A stretch of DNA of 64,000 nt, taken from NCBI GenBank assembly GCA_035691205.1, contig DASSJM010000032.1, positions 15,698 to 79,697 on the forward strand, in the 5' to 3' direction. The notes under the pieces are model-generated. The model was not told where the DNA came from, made no database searches, and was given only the letters and a program-made list of their open reading frames with translations. The number at the start of each line of letters is the position of its first letter. Within the stretch, counting starts at the first letter, position 1. A program made the position numbers and the translations under genes. This document shows, one piece after another, positions 1-8,485 of the stretch. Origin of the DNA: Actinomycetota bacterium (lineage in GTDB: Bacteria > Actinomycetota > UBA4738 > HRBIN12).

Positions 1-337
1 CCCGGCAGAGCACCTTCGCCTTGTCCTTCAGCTGGCTGCGATGCTTCACCAGGAAGCAGTTCGAACATATGAACTCGGTCGGCTGGGGGGGGACGACCTT
101 GACCGCCAACGGCTCGAGGCGTTCCTCGCGGCTGAGGTTGAGGAGGGACTCGTCCTCCTCCTCCCCCGCTTCGGCCTGGCCCTCCTGCTTGACCAGGATG
201 TCCTGGATCGACTCGACGGGCTCCTCGGCGGCGGCGGGGGTCGCGGCCGGGGCGGGCGCGTCGCCGTCGAGCGCCTCGGGCTCCTCGCCCTCCTCGTCCA
301 GCTCCTCGTCCTCGAGCGTCTCGTCGACGTCTTCCAC
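1..337 (-). CDS. DUF4193-like small acidic protein with CxxC motif; 3' end truncated by the window edge
   Basis: Minus-strand frame starts at GTG (335-337) about 8 nt downstream of GGAGGAA. It reads VEDVDETLEDEELDEEGEEPEALDGD...IQDILVKQEG...TEFICSNCFLVKHRSQLKDKAKVLCR, an acidic N-terminus followed by a C-x2-C ... LCR segment typical of actinobacterial DUF4193 proteins. Not in the ORF track because it runs off the window. Confidence 0.5.
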   Translation of the reverse strand, partial: MEDVDETLEDEELDEEGEEPEALDGDAPAPAATPAAAEEPVESIQDILVKQEGQAEAGEEEDESLLNLSREERLEPLAVKVVPPQPTEFICSNCFLVKHRSQLKDKAKVLCR

Positions 338-596
338 GGTCGTTCCTCCCGTTAGCCGGGGGATTGTACTGCCGGGCATCCCCATGACAAGCGTTCCGGG
401 CGATGAACGTGAGAGGGCCGCCGTTCATTCCCGGCGGCAGGAGGAAAGACGAGGACCCAAGAGACCTTTGGGGCCGCGGCGCCGGGGCGCCGCGTTCTCT
501 ACTCAGCCTCTTGGGTCCTCCGTGCGCCTTCCGCCGAAGCGGCCGACGCACGGCGAAGCTACACCCGGCTCAGAAGCCCTGTCAAACCTGCTGTTC

Positions 597-2108
597 TCAG
601 GCCGCGAAGACATCACGCCCGAGGCTGACCGTCAGGATCGGGGCCAATCCCACCACGGATTCGACGTCGACCGGATCGACGTCGTAGGCGACCAGGTCCG
701 CGTGCTTCCCCGGCTCCAGGCTTCCCTTCTTGTCCTCCTGGTGGGCCAGCCGCGCGCTCCCCGTCGTGTACACGCGGATCGCCTCGATGCGTGAGAGCCG
801 CTGCCGAGGATCGTGGTGGGACTCGAACGCGGCGATGCCCACCATGGGGTCGATGGACGTGATCGGCGAGTCGGAGCCGGCACCCACCTCGAGCCCGCGC
901 ATCACCAGGTCCCGGAACGGGTTCATCCGGGCTGCCCGCTCGGGGCCGAGCCCCTGCTCGTACAGCCCTTCGGCCATCCCCCACTCGGCGTCGAAGGCTG
1001 GTTGCACGCTGATCGCCAGCCCGAGCATGGCCGCCCGCTCCACGATGTCCCGGTCCGCCATCTCGAAATGCTCCACCCGGTGTCGGCGCGCCCGGAAGTG
1101 CCGACGCTGGCGCGAATCGAGTGACTGGTAGACGCGCTCCCAGGTGCCGATCACCTGCGCGATCGCCGCGTCGCCGATCGCGTGGACCCCGACCTGCAGC
1201 CCGGCCAGGTGGCCGTCGTGGAAGAACTCAGCCAGCTCGTCGTCCTCGTAGTAACCCTCGGGGGCCTGAACGCCGCCGAGGTACCCCCCGGCGACCCAGG
1301 CCGTCCGCGCCCCGATGGACCCATCGACGGGCAGGTCTCCGCCGATCCTCGGCAGGCCGAGGTCCATCGCCTGCGAGACATCGGTGGTGGCCACGTACAC
1401 GACCACGTCCACCGGCAGCCGGCGGCGGTGCGCGAGCAGGATCTCCACGTCCCGCCTCCCGCGCTCGGCGGGCATCGACATCTCATGGATCGTGGTGACC
1501 CCGTGGGCCACCGCGAGGCCGGCCGCCTGGAGCTGCAGCTCCTCGACCTCGTGCTCGGAGAGGTTCAGCGCGAACCAGCGCTTGGCCACCTCCGCCGCGC
1601 GACGGGTCACGCGACCCGTGGACCGGCCGTCGGCGTCGAGCTCGACCCCCGGCTCCGACGCGGCCTCGGTCGCGTCGAGCCCGGCCGAATTCATCAGCAG
1701 GACGTGCCCGTCGACCCTCGCCAGCGCGAGCGGGCGGGCGCAGGCGACGTCGAGCTCGTCGAGCGAGGGGATCCGCCGATCGTTCCAGTGGGACTCGTCC
1801 CAGCCGTGCAGGTACACGGGACCCTCGCCGTCGGCGGCGATCCGCACGACCGCGGCTAGCAGATCGCCCGCGGACCGCGCGGCCGACAGCTCCGGAGCTC
1901 GGTGGTGCACACCGGTGCCCGTGAGGTGGACGTGCGTGTCGGTGAAGCCCGGGAGGATCGTTGCGCCCGGCAGCTCGACGACGCGTTCGGCGTCCGGCGG
2001 GTCGCCGACCCCGACCCGCTCGACGTGACGGCCGTCCACAAGCACCCACTCCCCCATCGCCGGGTAGGACAGCGTGTGCACACGCGAGGCTCGGTACAGG
2101 GTTCGCAT
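597..2108 (-). CDS. amidohydrolase-family (Amidohydro_3-like) metal-dependent hydrolase
   Basis: 503 aa. N-terminal GxxD...LPGFTDTHVHL metal-binding HxH motif, central HAIGD, C-terminal VGAGSDSP, the canonical amidohydrolase-superfamily ligands. Start is 12 nt downstream of the RT-like ORF stop. Confidence 0.8.
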   Translation of the reverse strand: MRTLYRASRVHTLSYPAMGEWVLVDGRHVERVGVGDPPDAERVVELPGATILPGFTDTHVHLTGTGVHHRAPELSAARSAGDLLAAVVRIAADGEGPVYLHGWDESHWNDRRIPSLDELDVACARPLALARVDGHVLLMNSAGLDATEAASEPGVELDADGRSTGRVTRRAAEVAKRWFALNLSEHEVEELQLQAAGLAVAHGVTTIHEMSMPAERGRRDVEILLAHRRRLPVDVVVYVATTDVSQAMDLGLPRIGGDLPVDGSIGARTAWVAGGYLGGVQAPEGYYEDDELAEFFHDGHLAGLQVGVHAIGDAAIAQVIGTWERVYQSLDSRQRRHFRARRHRVEHFEMADRDIVERAAMLGLAISVQPAFDAEWGMAEGLYEQGLGPERAARMNPFRDLVMRGLEVGAGSDSPITSIDPMVGIAAFESHHDPRQRLSRIEAIRVYTTGSARLAHQEDKKGSLEPGKHADLVAYDVDPVDVESVVGLAPILTVSLGRDVFAA

Positions 2109-2120
2109 CGAGCGCCGAGC

Positions 2121-2774
2121 TTAGCCCACCCGCCGAGCGGACCCCCGCAGGCTGGATGGCATCGCCCGGGCCAGCGCCGAGGGGTCCTCGACGATCCGGG
2201 TCTTGCCCTCGTTGGCGCAGAGACCGATGTCCGCGAGGGCGTCGCGGAGCACGTCCAGGCCGTGCGCCACCGACGCAGGGCCCTCGCCTCCGATCACGAA
2301 GTCGTCGACCCATCGCAGGTGCGCGACCCCTTCGGCCTCGAGCGCCCGGTCCGCATGCGCCAGCACGGCGTTCGCGAAGACGGCCGAGGGGTCGGGTCCG
2401 ACCGGCAACCCCCGGACCCCCTCCCGAGCCACGGAGGCGAGGAACCTCTCGACGGCCGGTCCCTGCGGCGCCTCGATCCGCTCGAGGGCGGCGCGGGCGA
2501 GGTGCGGTCCGATCGACGCGTAACAGGTCGCCACGTCGGCGATCGCCACGGCGTCGTGCGCGGACGCGAACGCGTCGAGCGCGCGGGCGAACAGCCGCCG
2601 CTCCAGCCGCCACGGGCGGAGCGTGAGCGCCGGCGGCTCCGGGCATGAGCGCCAGACCCTGTTCGCCATGACGCGGCCGCTCAGGGCCTCCTCGACCGCT
2701 GGGGCCGCGACCGCCGCGAGCCGAACGTACTCGAGCCGGACCGCCGGCGAGAGGACGGTGAGGGTGCGTCGCAC
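2121..2774 (-). CDS. compact reverse-transcriptase-like protein (RT motifs 1-7, no thumb/maturase domain)
   Basis: 217 aa. Ordered matches to RT motifs: LRPW..RLERRLFARAL (motif 1, RP...DRvvQ.al), SAHDAV + IADVATCYASI (motif 2, DIkkfFDsI), GLPVGPDPSAVFANAVLAHADRAL (motifs 3-4, GlPQG..SPllaNiyL..lD), LRWVDDFVIGGEG (motif 5, YxDDfv), LADIGLCANEGKTRIVE (motifs 6-7, lgL.ln.eKT.iv). Native high-GC codon usage. Very short for an RT. Confidence 0.5.
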   Translation of the reverse strand: MRRTLTVLSPAVRLEYVRLAAVAAPAVEEALSGRVMANRVWRSCPEPPALTLRPWRLERRLFARALDAFASAHDAVAIADVATCYASIGPHLARAALERIEAPQGPAVERFLASVAREGVRGLPVGPDPSAVFANAVLAHADRALEAEGVAHLRWVDDFVIGGEGPASVAHGLDVLRDALADIGLCANEGKTRIVEDPSALARAMPSSLRGSARRVG

Positions 2775-2834
2775 CCCATGGCGGCGAACGGAGACCAGGC
2801 GGACCGATGCGGACGCCGACGTCCCTACCGCGCA

Positions 2835-2860
2835 CCTCCTCCGGCCGGGCCCGGAGGAGG
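2835..2860. promoter_or_regulatory. perfect 10-bp inverted repeat (cctcctccgg-ccgggc-ccggaggagg) in the divergent RT-like/lrp intergenic region
   Basis: Read directly. The 6-nt loop ccgggc is itself GC-palindromic. Located 60 nt from the RT-like start and about 100 nt upstream of the lrp GTG. Candidate operator or 5'-UTR structure. Confidence 0.3.
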
Positions 2861-2961
2861 GTGAGCCGAGGCGTCCTTTGTACTCGAGCGGTGGCGAACG
2901 CGGAATCGGCCGTCAGGGTGGTTCGGACGCTCGGCCGGTCGGGCCGCCGTACGATACGCGG

Positions 2962-3405
2962 GTGGTGGACCAGCGCGATCTGGAGATCATCGCCGCCCTC
3001 CAGGAGGACGCCCGAGCGACCTATGCGGACATCGGCCGACGGGTCGGCCTCGCGGCGTCCTCGGTCCACGACCGGGTCCGAAAGCTCGAGCGCGCCGGGG
3101 TGATCCTCGGGTACCGGGCGATCGTCGACTCCGACGCCCTCGGGCTGCTCGTGACGGCGCTGGTCGCCGTGAGCCCGTTCGACCCCACCCAGCCCGACGA
3201 CCTGCCGGAACGGATCGTGGACCTCCCCGAGGTCGTGGACTGTCTGTCGGTGGCTGGGGAAGCCAACTACATCCTCAAGGTGAAGACCCGCACGACGGGC
3301 GACCTCGAATCCCTGATCCAGCGTCTGCGCGAGAAGGCGCAGGTCCATACACGCACGACGGTGGTGCTGTCGATCCCGTTCGAGGACCGCCCGCTCACCC
3401 CCTGA
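2962..3405 (+). CDS. Lrp/AsnC-family transcriptional regulator
   Basis: The C-terminal 147 aa of track ORF 2623..3405 read VVDQRDLEIIAALQEDARATYADIGRRVGLAASSVHDRVRKLERAGVILGYRAIVD..., an HTH_AsnC domain plus RAM/ACT-like domain. The upstream 113 codons of the track ORF are Arg/Pro-rich junk. GTG at 2962 (or 2965) gives a canonical-length Lrp. Confidence 0.8.
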   Translation: MVDQRDLEIIAALQEDARATYADIGRRVGLAASSVHDRVRKLERAGVILGYRAIVDSDALGLLVTALVAVSPFDPTQPDDLPERIVDLPEVVDCLSVAGEANYILKVKTRTTGDLESLIQRLREKAQVHTRTTVVLSIPFEDRPLTP

Positions 3406-4009
3406 CGCGCGCGAGCGCCTCGTACCGCTCGTACGCCGCCCGGTAGCGCTTCCACCGTCGCTGCAGCGCGCCGCTCGGGTCCAGGCGGGGAAGGGTGCGT
3501 GGCGCGACGCCGAACCGCCCCCCGCCGATCCGGTGCCGTTGCGGTGCGAAGCCGAACTCGTGGAGGACGGCGTCGAGCGGTCCGGCGGCGGAGGCGATCG
3601 CCACCCAGATGCGGTTGCCGGGGTCATCGAGGGCCCCGAGCCCCGCGGGCCGTCGCTCGCCCCGCCCCAGCAGCCGGGCGAGCCACGCGGGGGTGCTCAG
3701 CGACCATCCGGGCTCGGTCGGAGCGAGGAGGTCGGGTGCCGTCCGGGGCGAGAGCCACAGCTCCGGGTCACGCAGGCGGGCCGACACCGACCCGACCGAG
3801 GAGGCGATGGCTCGCTCGCACGTCTCGCGCAGGGCCCGCCTGGACGTCCCGTCCAGCGAGGCCAGGTGGGCCGCATGGGTCGAGGTCAGTCGCTCCATCC
3901 CCGCACGCAGGCTGGCGGCCAAGATCGGTTCGAGCTCGAGCCGGAAGGACTCGGCCTCGGCGAGCACCTCGTCCCGGGCCCGTTCCAGGTGGGCGAAGCG
4001 GTCGGTCAC
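3395..4009 (-). CDS. hypothetical protein (helical; no recognised domain)
   Basis: 204-aa ORF with balanced composition (MTDRFAHLERARDEVLAEAESFRLELEPILAASLRAG...). Convergent with lrp (10-nt overlap), divergent from the FtsH-like gene. No motif recognised. Confidence 0.4.
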   Translation of the reverse strand: MTDRFAHLERARDEVLAEAESFRLELEPILAASLRAGMERLTSTHAAHLASLDGTSRRALRETCERAIASSVGSVSARLRDPELWLSPRTAPDLLAPTEPGWSLSTPAWLARLLGRGERRPAGLGALDDPGNRIWVAIASAAGPLDAVLHEFGFAPQRHRIGGGRFGVAPRTLPRLDPSGALQRRWKRYRAAYERYEALARVRG

Positions 4010-4110
4010 GAGCCGAACACTAGCCTGCCGGACCGCCTCACCTTGCCCGCCGACGGGCGTACACTCGTGCGAACCGGAAGCGTCACCCGAGCCTGCAACG
4101 GGGGTCGACC

Positions 4111-5970
4111 ATGGATCAATACCGCCGCTACGGCCGCTGGCTGAAGCGCGTCGCCTGGATCCTCGCGATCTACGTCTTCGCCGCCTGGCTGTTCATGGGC
4201 CTGTCGCCGTCGCAGTCTCTATCGGATCCCGAGCTCGTGATGAGCCAGCTGCGGCCGTTCATGTTGCAGGCGATGATCCTGGTCTTCTTCATCATCCTCC
4301 AGTTCGGCGCGATGTTCTGGTTCCTCTCGCGCGGCAACGACTACGTGATCTACCCCAACGAGTACGACACCTCCTTCGACGACGTCCGCGGCCAGCCCGC
4401 CGCGGTCGAGGCGACGAAGGAGGTCCTGCGCGTGTTCGAGGGGTTCAAGGACTTCAAGCAGATGGGCGGCTACCCACCGCACGGGATCTTGTTCGAAGGC
4501 CCACCCGGGACCGGCAAGACCCTGATGGCCAAGGCGATCGCGGGCGCCTCCGGCGTGCCGTTCCTGTTCGCCACCGGCTCGGGGTTCGCGAACATGTTCA
4601 TCGGTATCGGCAACCTGAAGGTCCGGCGTCTGTTCAAGAAGGCCCGCGTGATGTCGGACAAGTACGGCGGCGCGGTGATCTTCATCGACGAGATCGACGC
4701 CGTCGGCTCGCGAGGCGCCGTGGCGGACCGCTCCGTGCCGGTCGAGCGGGCGACGGACAAGCTGATCATGGGCGCCGGGATGGGCGGCGGCGCGGGCATG
4801 GGTGTGATCAACGAGCTCCTCGTCCAGATGGACGGCTTCACGGTCCCGCGCGGCCTGTGGCGGCATGTACGGCGGCTCGCGTTCCGGGCCAAGCCGAGGG
4901 TGCCCTTCTATAACATCCTGGTGATCGGCGCGACGAACCGCGCCTCGACGCTGGATCCGGCGCTGCTGCGTCCGGGTCGGTTCGACCGGAAGATCCACGT
5001 AGGCCTGCCCGACGCCGAGGGCCGCGAGGACATCCTGCGCTATTACCTGGCCAAGGTTCGCCACGAGCCGATCGACTACGCGAAGCTCTCGCGGATGACG
5101 GTGGGCTACTCCCCCGCCGCGCTCAAGAACATCGTGAACGAGGCGTTGCTGTTCGCGCTGCAGGACGGGCGCGACGCGCTGCGGTGGGACGACCTGTGGT
5201 CCGCGAAACTCACCGAGGAGATCGGCCTCAAGCAGCCCGTCAAGTACTCGCAACGCGAGAAGGAGATGGTCGCGGTCCACGAGGCCGCCCACGCCGTCAC
5301 CTCGTACAACCTCGAGCGAGGCGAGCTGCAGATCCAGGTCATCACGATCCAGAAGCGCGAGTCGGCGCTCGGCCTCGTGTCGACCCAGGAGATCGAGGAG
5401 ATGTTCCTGCGTACGCAGAAGCAGCTCCTCGCCAGGATCCAGGTCTCGCTCGCAGGTCTGGTGGCCGAGGAGATCTGGTACGGCCAGACGACCTCCGGGC
5501 CCTCCTCGGACCTGGTCAATGCGACGCGCAACGCCGCCGCGTACGTCGGCGTCTACGGGATGGGCCGGAGCCTGATCTCCGCAGCCGCCTCCGGCGCGAA
5601 CGCGTTCGGCGACGCCGACCCCATCGCGCGGGTGCTGTCCGACGGTTCCCGCCGCGACGAGGTGGACGCGATCTTGAACGACTGTCGCGTTCGCGTTCGT
5701 GCGCTGCTCATGTCGAAGCGCCACGTGGTCGAGGGGGTTCGCGACGCGCTGCTCGAACGCGAGGAGCTCGTCGGCGACGAGATCGAGGTCCTCATGGCCG
5801 AGCTCGGCGAGCGTGAGCCGATCGAGCTGCCCACCGGCGCGGTCGGCAACGGCCAGGGCGCGTTCGGACCGGACGGCAACGGCCACGGGAGTGGCTCGGG
5901 CGCCGGCCCCCCGATCCCGCCCGCGCCGAGCGTCGAGACCGACCCGTCGGACGACCCGCCCGCCCGGTAA
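4111..5970 (+). CDS. FtsH-family AAA+ zinc metalloprotease paralog (short, atypical)
   Basis: 619 aa. Two N-terminal TM helices with almost no periplasmic loop, Walker A GPPGTGKTLMAKAIAG, Walker B VIFIDEIDAV, second region of homology, M41 zinc motif HEAAHAV (canonical HEAGHAi), and a Gly/Pro-rich C-tail. About 150 aa shorter than housekeeping FtsH. Confidence 0.8.
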   Translation: MDQYRRYGRWLKRVAWILAIYVFAAWLFMGLSPSQSLSDPELVMSQLRPFMLQAMILVFFIILQFGAMFWFLSRGNDYVIYPNEYDTSFDDVRGQPAAVEATKEVLRVFEGFKDFKQMGGYPPHGILFEGPPGTGKTLMAKAIAGASGVPFLFATGSGFANMFIGIGNLKVRRLFKKARVMSDKYGGAVIFIDEIDAVGSRGAVADRSVPVERATDKLIMGAGMGGGAGMGVINELLVQMDGFTVPRGLWRHVRRLAFRAKPRVPFYNILVIGATNRASTLDPALLRPGRFDRKIHVGLPDAEGREDILRYYLAKVRHEPIDYAKLSRMTVGYSPAALKNIVNEALLFALQDGRDALRWDDLWSAKLTEEIGLKQPVKYSQREKEMVAVHEAAHAVTSYNLERGELQIQVITIQKRESALGLVSTQEIEEMFLRTQKQLLARIQVSLAGLVAEEIWYGQTTSGPSSDLVNATRNAAAYVGVYGMGRSLISAAASGANAFGDADPIARVLSDGSRRDEVDAILNDCRVRVRALLMSKRHVVEGVRDALLEREELVGDEIEVLMAELGEREPIELPTGAVGNGQGAFGPDGNGHGSGSGAGPPIPPAPSVETDPSDDPPAR

Positions 5971-6009
5971 GGGCGGAGGGCCACCGGACCGCGGGTATCC
6001 TTAGCGACC

Positions 6010-7395
6010 GTGCGCCTGTTCGACTCCCTCTCGCGTGAGGTCCACGAGGTCGTGCCCATCGACGGGCAGACCGTGAAGATCTACTCGTGCGGGCCGACCG
6101 TCTATCGGTACATCCACATCGGGAACATGCGCTCGTTCATGCTCGGGGACCTGATCCGGCGCGCCCTGCGTTTCGAGGGTCAAGACGTCCTCTGGATCAT
6201 GAACATCACCGACGTCGGTCACATGACCGACGACGTCTCGGACACCGGCCGCGACAAGATGGAGCTCGCCGAGGCCGATGAAGGGCTCTCGGCTGCGGAG
6301 ATCGCGCGCAAGTACACGGACGCGTTCCTGCAGGACGCGGACCTGGTGGGCATCGAACGAGCGGACCTGTACCCGCTCGCCACCGAGCACATCTCGGAGA
6401 TGATCGCGATCGTCCGGGCGTTGCTGGAGAAGGGCCACGCCTACGAGGTGAACGGCACCGTCTACTACGACGTCACCACCTTCCCCGACTACGGCAAGCT
6501 GTCGGGCAACACGCTCGACCAACTCCGGGCCGGCCATCGGCAGGAGGTAGCGGTCGACCCCGACAAGCGGCACGCGGAGGATTTCGCCCTGTGGAAGAAG
6601 GCGGGATCCAACCGGGCCCTGAAGTGGCCGAGCCCGTGGGGCGACGGGTTCCCCGGCTGGCACATCGAGTGTTCGGCGATGTCCATGAAGCACCTCGGCG
6701 ACCGCTTCGACGTCCATACGGGGGGCAACGACAACAAGTTCCCGCATCACGAGGACGAGATCGCCCAGTCGGAGGCCGCCGTCGGGCACCCGGTCGTCAC
6801 AACGTGGGTCCACGGGGGGTTCCTGCAGATGGGCGGACAGAAGATGGCGAAGTCGGCCAAGAACATCAAGCGCGTGACGGACCTCGCGGACCAGGGCATC
6901 GACCCGCTCGCGTACCGGCTGCTCTGCTTCGGGACCCGCTACCGGAGCGAGATGGACTTCAGCTGGGACGCCCTCGAGGGACAGAACCGGCGCCTCGCGG
7001 ATCTCCGCAGGAGGATGGGCGAGTGGGGACCTGCCGCCGAGGTCCTGTCGGCCGCCGCTGAGGACGCCGACCGTCGGTTCCGCGAGGCCGTGGCCGATGA
7101 CCTCGATCTCCCTCGGGCCCTCGTCGTCCTGAACGAGGTCGTCGCGGGCGACCTTCCGTCCGGCGAGCGGTACGCGCTCCTCGCCTCTTGGGACCAGGTC
7201 CTCGCCCTCGACCTCGAGCGTGCCGCCCGCGAGGCGTGGGAGCCGTCCGAGAAGATGCTGGCCCTGGTCGGCGAGCGGGACGCGGCGCGAGCGGCCCGGG
7301 ACTACGCGAGGAGCGACGAGCTGCGGGAGCGCCTGCAGGCGATGGGTCTCGAGGTGATGGACACGCCCGAGGGGACGAAGATCAGGCCACGATGA
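6010..7395 (+). CDS. cysS: cysteine--tRNA ligase
   Basis: 461 aa. KIYSCGPTVYRYIHIGNMRSF (class-I HIGH region, here HIGN), KMAKSAKNI (KMSKS), and a C-terminal anticodon-binding tail ...LQAMGLEVMDTPEGTKIRPR typical of CysRS rather than the shorter MshC. Confidence 0.8.
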   Translation: MRLFDSLSREVHEVVPIDGQTVKIYSCGPTVYRYIHIGNMRSFMLGDLIRRALRFEGQDVLWIMNITDVGHMTDDVSDTGRDKMELAEADEGLSAAEIARKYTDAFLQDADLVGIERADLYPLATEHISEMIAIVRALLEKGHAYEVNGTVYYDVTTFPDYGKLSGNTLDQLRAGHRQEVAVDPDKRHAEDFALWKKAGSNRALKWPSPWGDGFPGWHIECSAMSMKHLGDRFDVHTGGNDNKFPHHEDEIAQSEAAVGHPVVTTWVHGGFLQMGGQKMAKSAKNIKRVTDLADQGIDPLAYRLLCFGTRYRSEMDFSWDALEGQNRRLADLRRRMGEWGPAAEVLSAAAEDADRRFREAVADDLDLPRALVVLNEVVAGDLPSGERYALLASWDQVLALDLERAAREAWEPSEKMLALVGERDAARAARDYARSDELRERLQAMGLEVMDTPEGTKIRPR

Positions 7396-8485
7396 CCGGC
7401 TCGCGGGTGGCCTCGTTCAGCCGCTCGGCCCCCTCGGCCGTCACGGCGACCTGGTCCTCGATCCGGACCCCGAACCGACCCGGCAGGTAGATCCCCGGCT
7501 CGTCCGAGAAGGTCATGCCCGCGCGCAGGACGGTCTCGTCGCCCTCCACGATGTACGGCGGCTCGTGAACCTCCAGGCCGATGCCGTGCCCCGTCCGGTG
7601 GACGAAGCGCTCGCCGAACCCCGCCTCGACGATCACGGCTCGTGCCGCCCGGTCGACGTCCTGTGCCATCACGCCCGGGCGGATCGCCTCGAACGCGGCC
7701 TGCTGCGCCGCCCGCACCACGTCGTAGACGCGGCGCTGCTCCTCGTCGGGCTCGCCCACGAAGACGGTCCGGGTGATGTCGGAGCAGTAGCCCTCGCGGA
7801 CACCGCCGAAGTCCATGACGACGGCGTCCCCGGTCTCGATCGTTCGGTCGCCCGCCTCATGGTGCGGGGAGGCGCCGTTGGGTCCGGAGCCCACGATCGC
7901 GAAGTCCACGCGTTCGTGCCCGTGCTCGAGCAGGAGACGATGCAGGTCGGCCGCGACGTCGACCTCGCGACGTCCCGCGAACGGGAGCATCACCACGTCG
8001 GCGTATGCTGCGTCGGCCGCCCCGCCCGCGGCCCGGAGCAGCTCGAGCTCCTCCGCATCCTTGACCGCCCGCAGGAGCGGCAGGGCGCGCCCGGCGGCGA
8101 CGAACAGGCAGTCGGCGGTCGCGTGTTCCAGCGCGAGCAGATGGGAGGACCAGGTCCGATCGGTGATCGCGAACCTGCCCGACCGGAGGATCCGTGCCAC
8201 GGCCTCGTAGGGATCCTCCCCGTCGCGCCAGTCCACCACCTCGACGGCGTCCATGCCGCTGGCGGACTCGGCCGCGGGGCGCTCGAGCGTCGGGACGACC
8301 AGGATCGGATCTTGGCCGGCGGCGAGGATCAGCACCGTCAGGCGCTCCAGCCCTCCCCCCGGAGGCGCGTGGCCCGTGAGGTAGACGAGGTCCGCACCCG
8401 GCGTGACGAGCAGGCCCGCCAACCCCGCTTCCTCGGCGGACGCGAGCGCTCGGCGTCTGCGCTCCGCATACCGGGCCTGGCTCAT
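7382..8485 (-). CDS. M24-family Xaa-Pro aminopeptidase/dipeptidase
   Basis: The C-terminal 367 aa of track ORF 7382..9103 start at ATG 8485 (MSQARYAERRRRALASAEEAG...). Creatinase_N-like N-domain, then pita-bread domain with metal ligands ...CSDITRT...HRTGHGIGLEVHE...EPGIY...IED. The upstream 206 codons are a spurious extension over the DAGK gene. ATGA overlap with the upstream gene stop. Confidence 0.8.
   Translation of the reverse strand: MSQARYAERRRRALASAEEAGLAGLLVTPGADLVYLTGHAPPGGGLERLTVLILAAGQDPILVVPTLERPAAESASGMDAVEVVDWRDGEDPYEAVARILRSGRFAITDRTWSSHLLALEHATADCLFVAAGRALPLLRAVKDAEELELLRAAGGAADAAYADVVMLPFAGRREVDVAADLHRLLLEHGHERVDFAIVGSGPNGASPHHEAGDRTIETGDAVVMDFGGVREGYCSDITRTVFVGEPDEEQRRVYDVVRAAQQAAFEAIRPGVMAQDVDRAARAVIVEAGFGERFVHRTGHGIGLEVHEPPYIVEGDETVLRAGMTFSDEPGIYLPGRFGVRIEDQVAVTAEGAERLNEATREPVIVA

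Noticed and set aside
1483-3627. 714-aa minus-strand ORF, extremely Arg/Gly/Pro/Ala-rich
   Set aside because: It overlaps the amidohydrolase, RT-like and Lrp genes in alternative frames. Composition is typical of spurious open frames in ~72% GC DNA, with no motifs.
4219-5886. 555-aa minus-strand ORF antisense to the FtsH-like gene
   Set aside because: Antisense frame of a well-supported gene. Low-complexity Arg/Asp/Leu/Gly composition and no domain signature.
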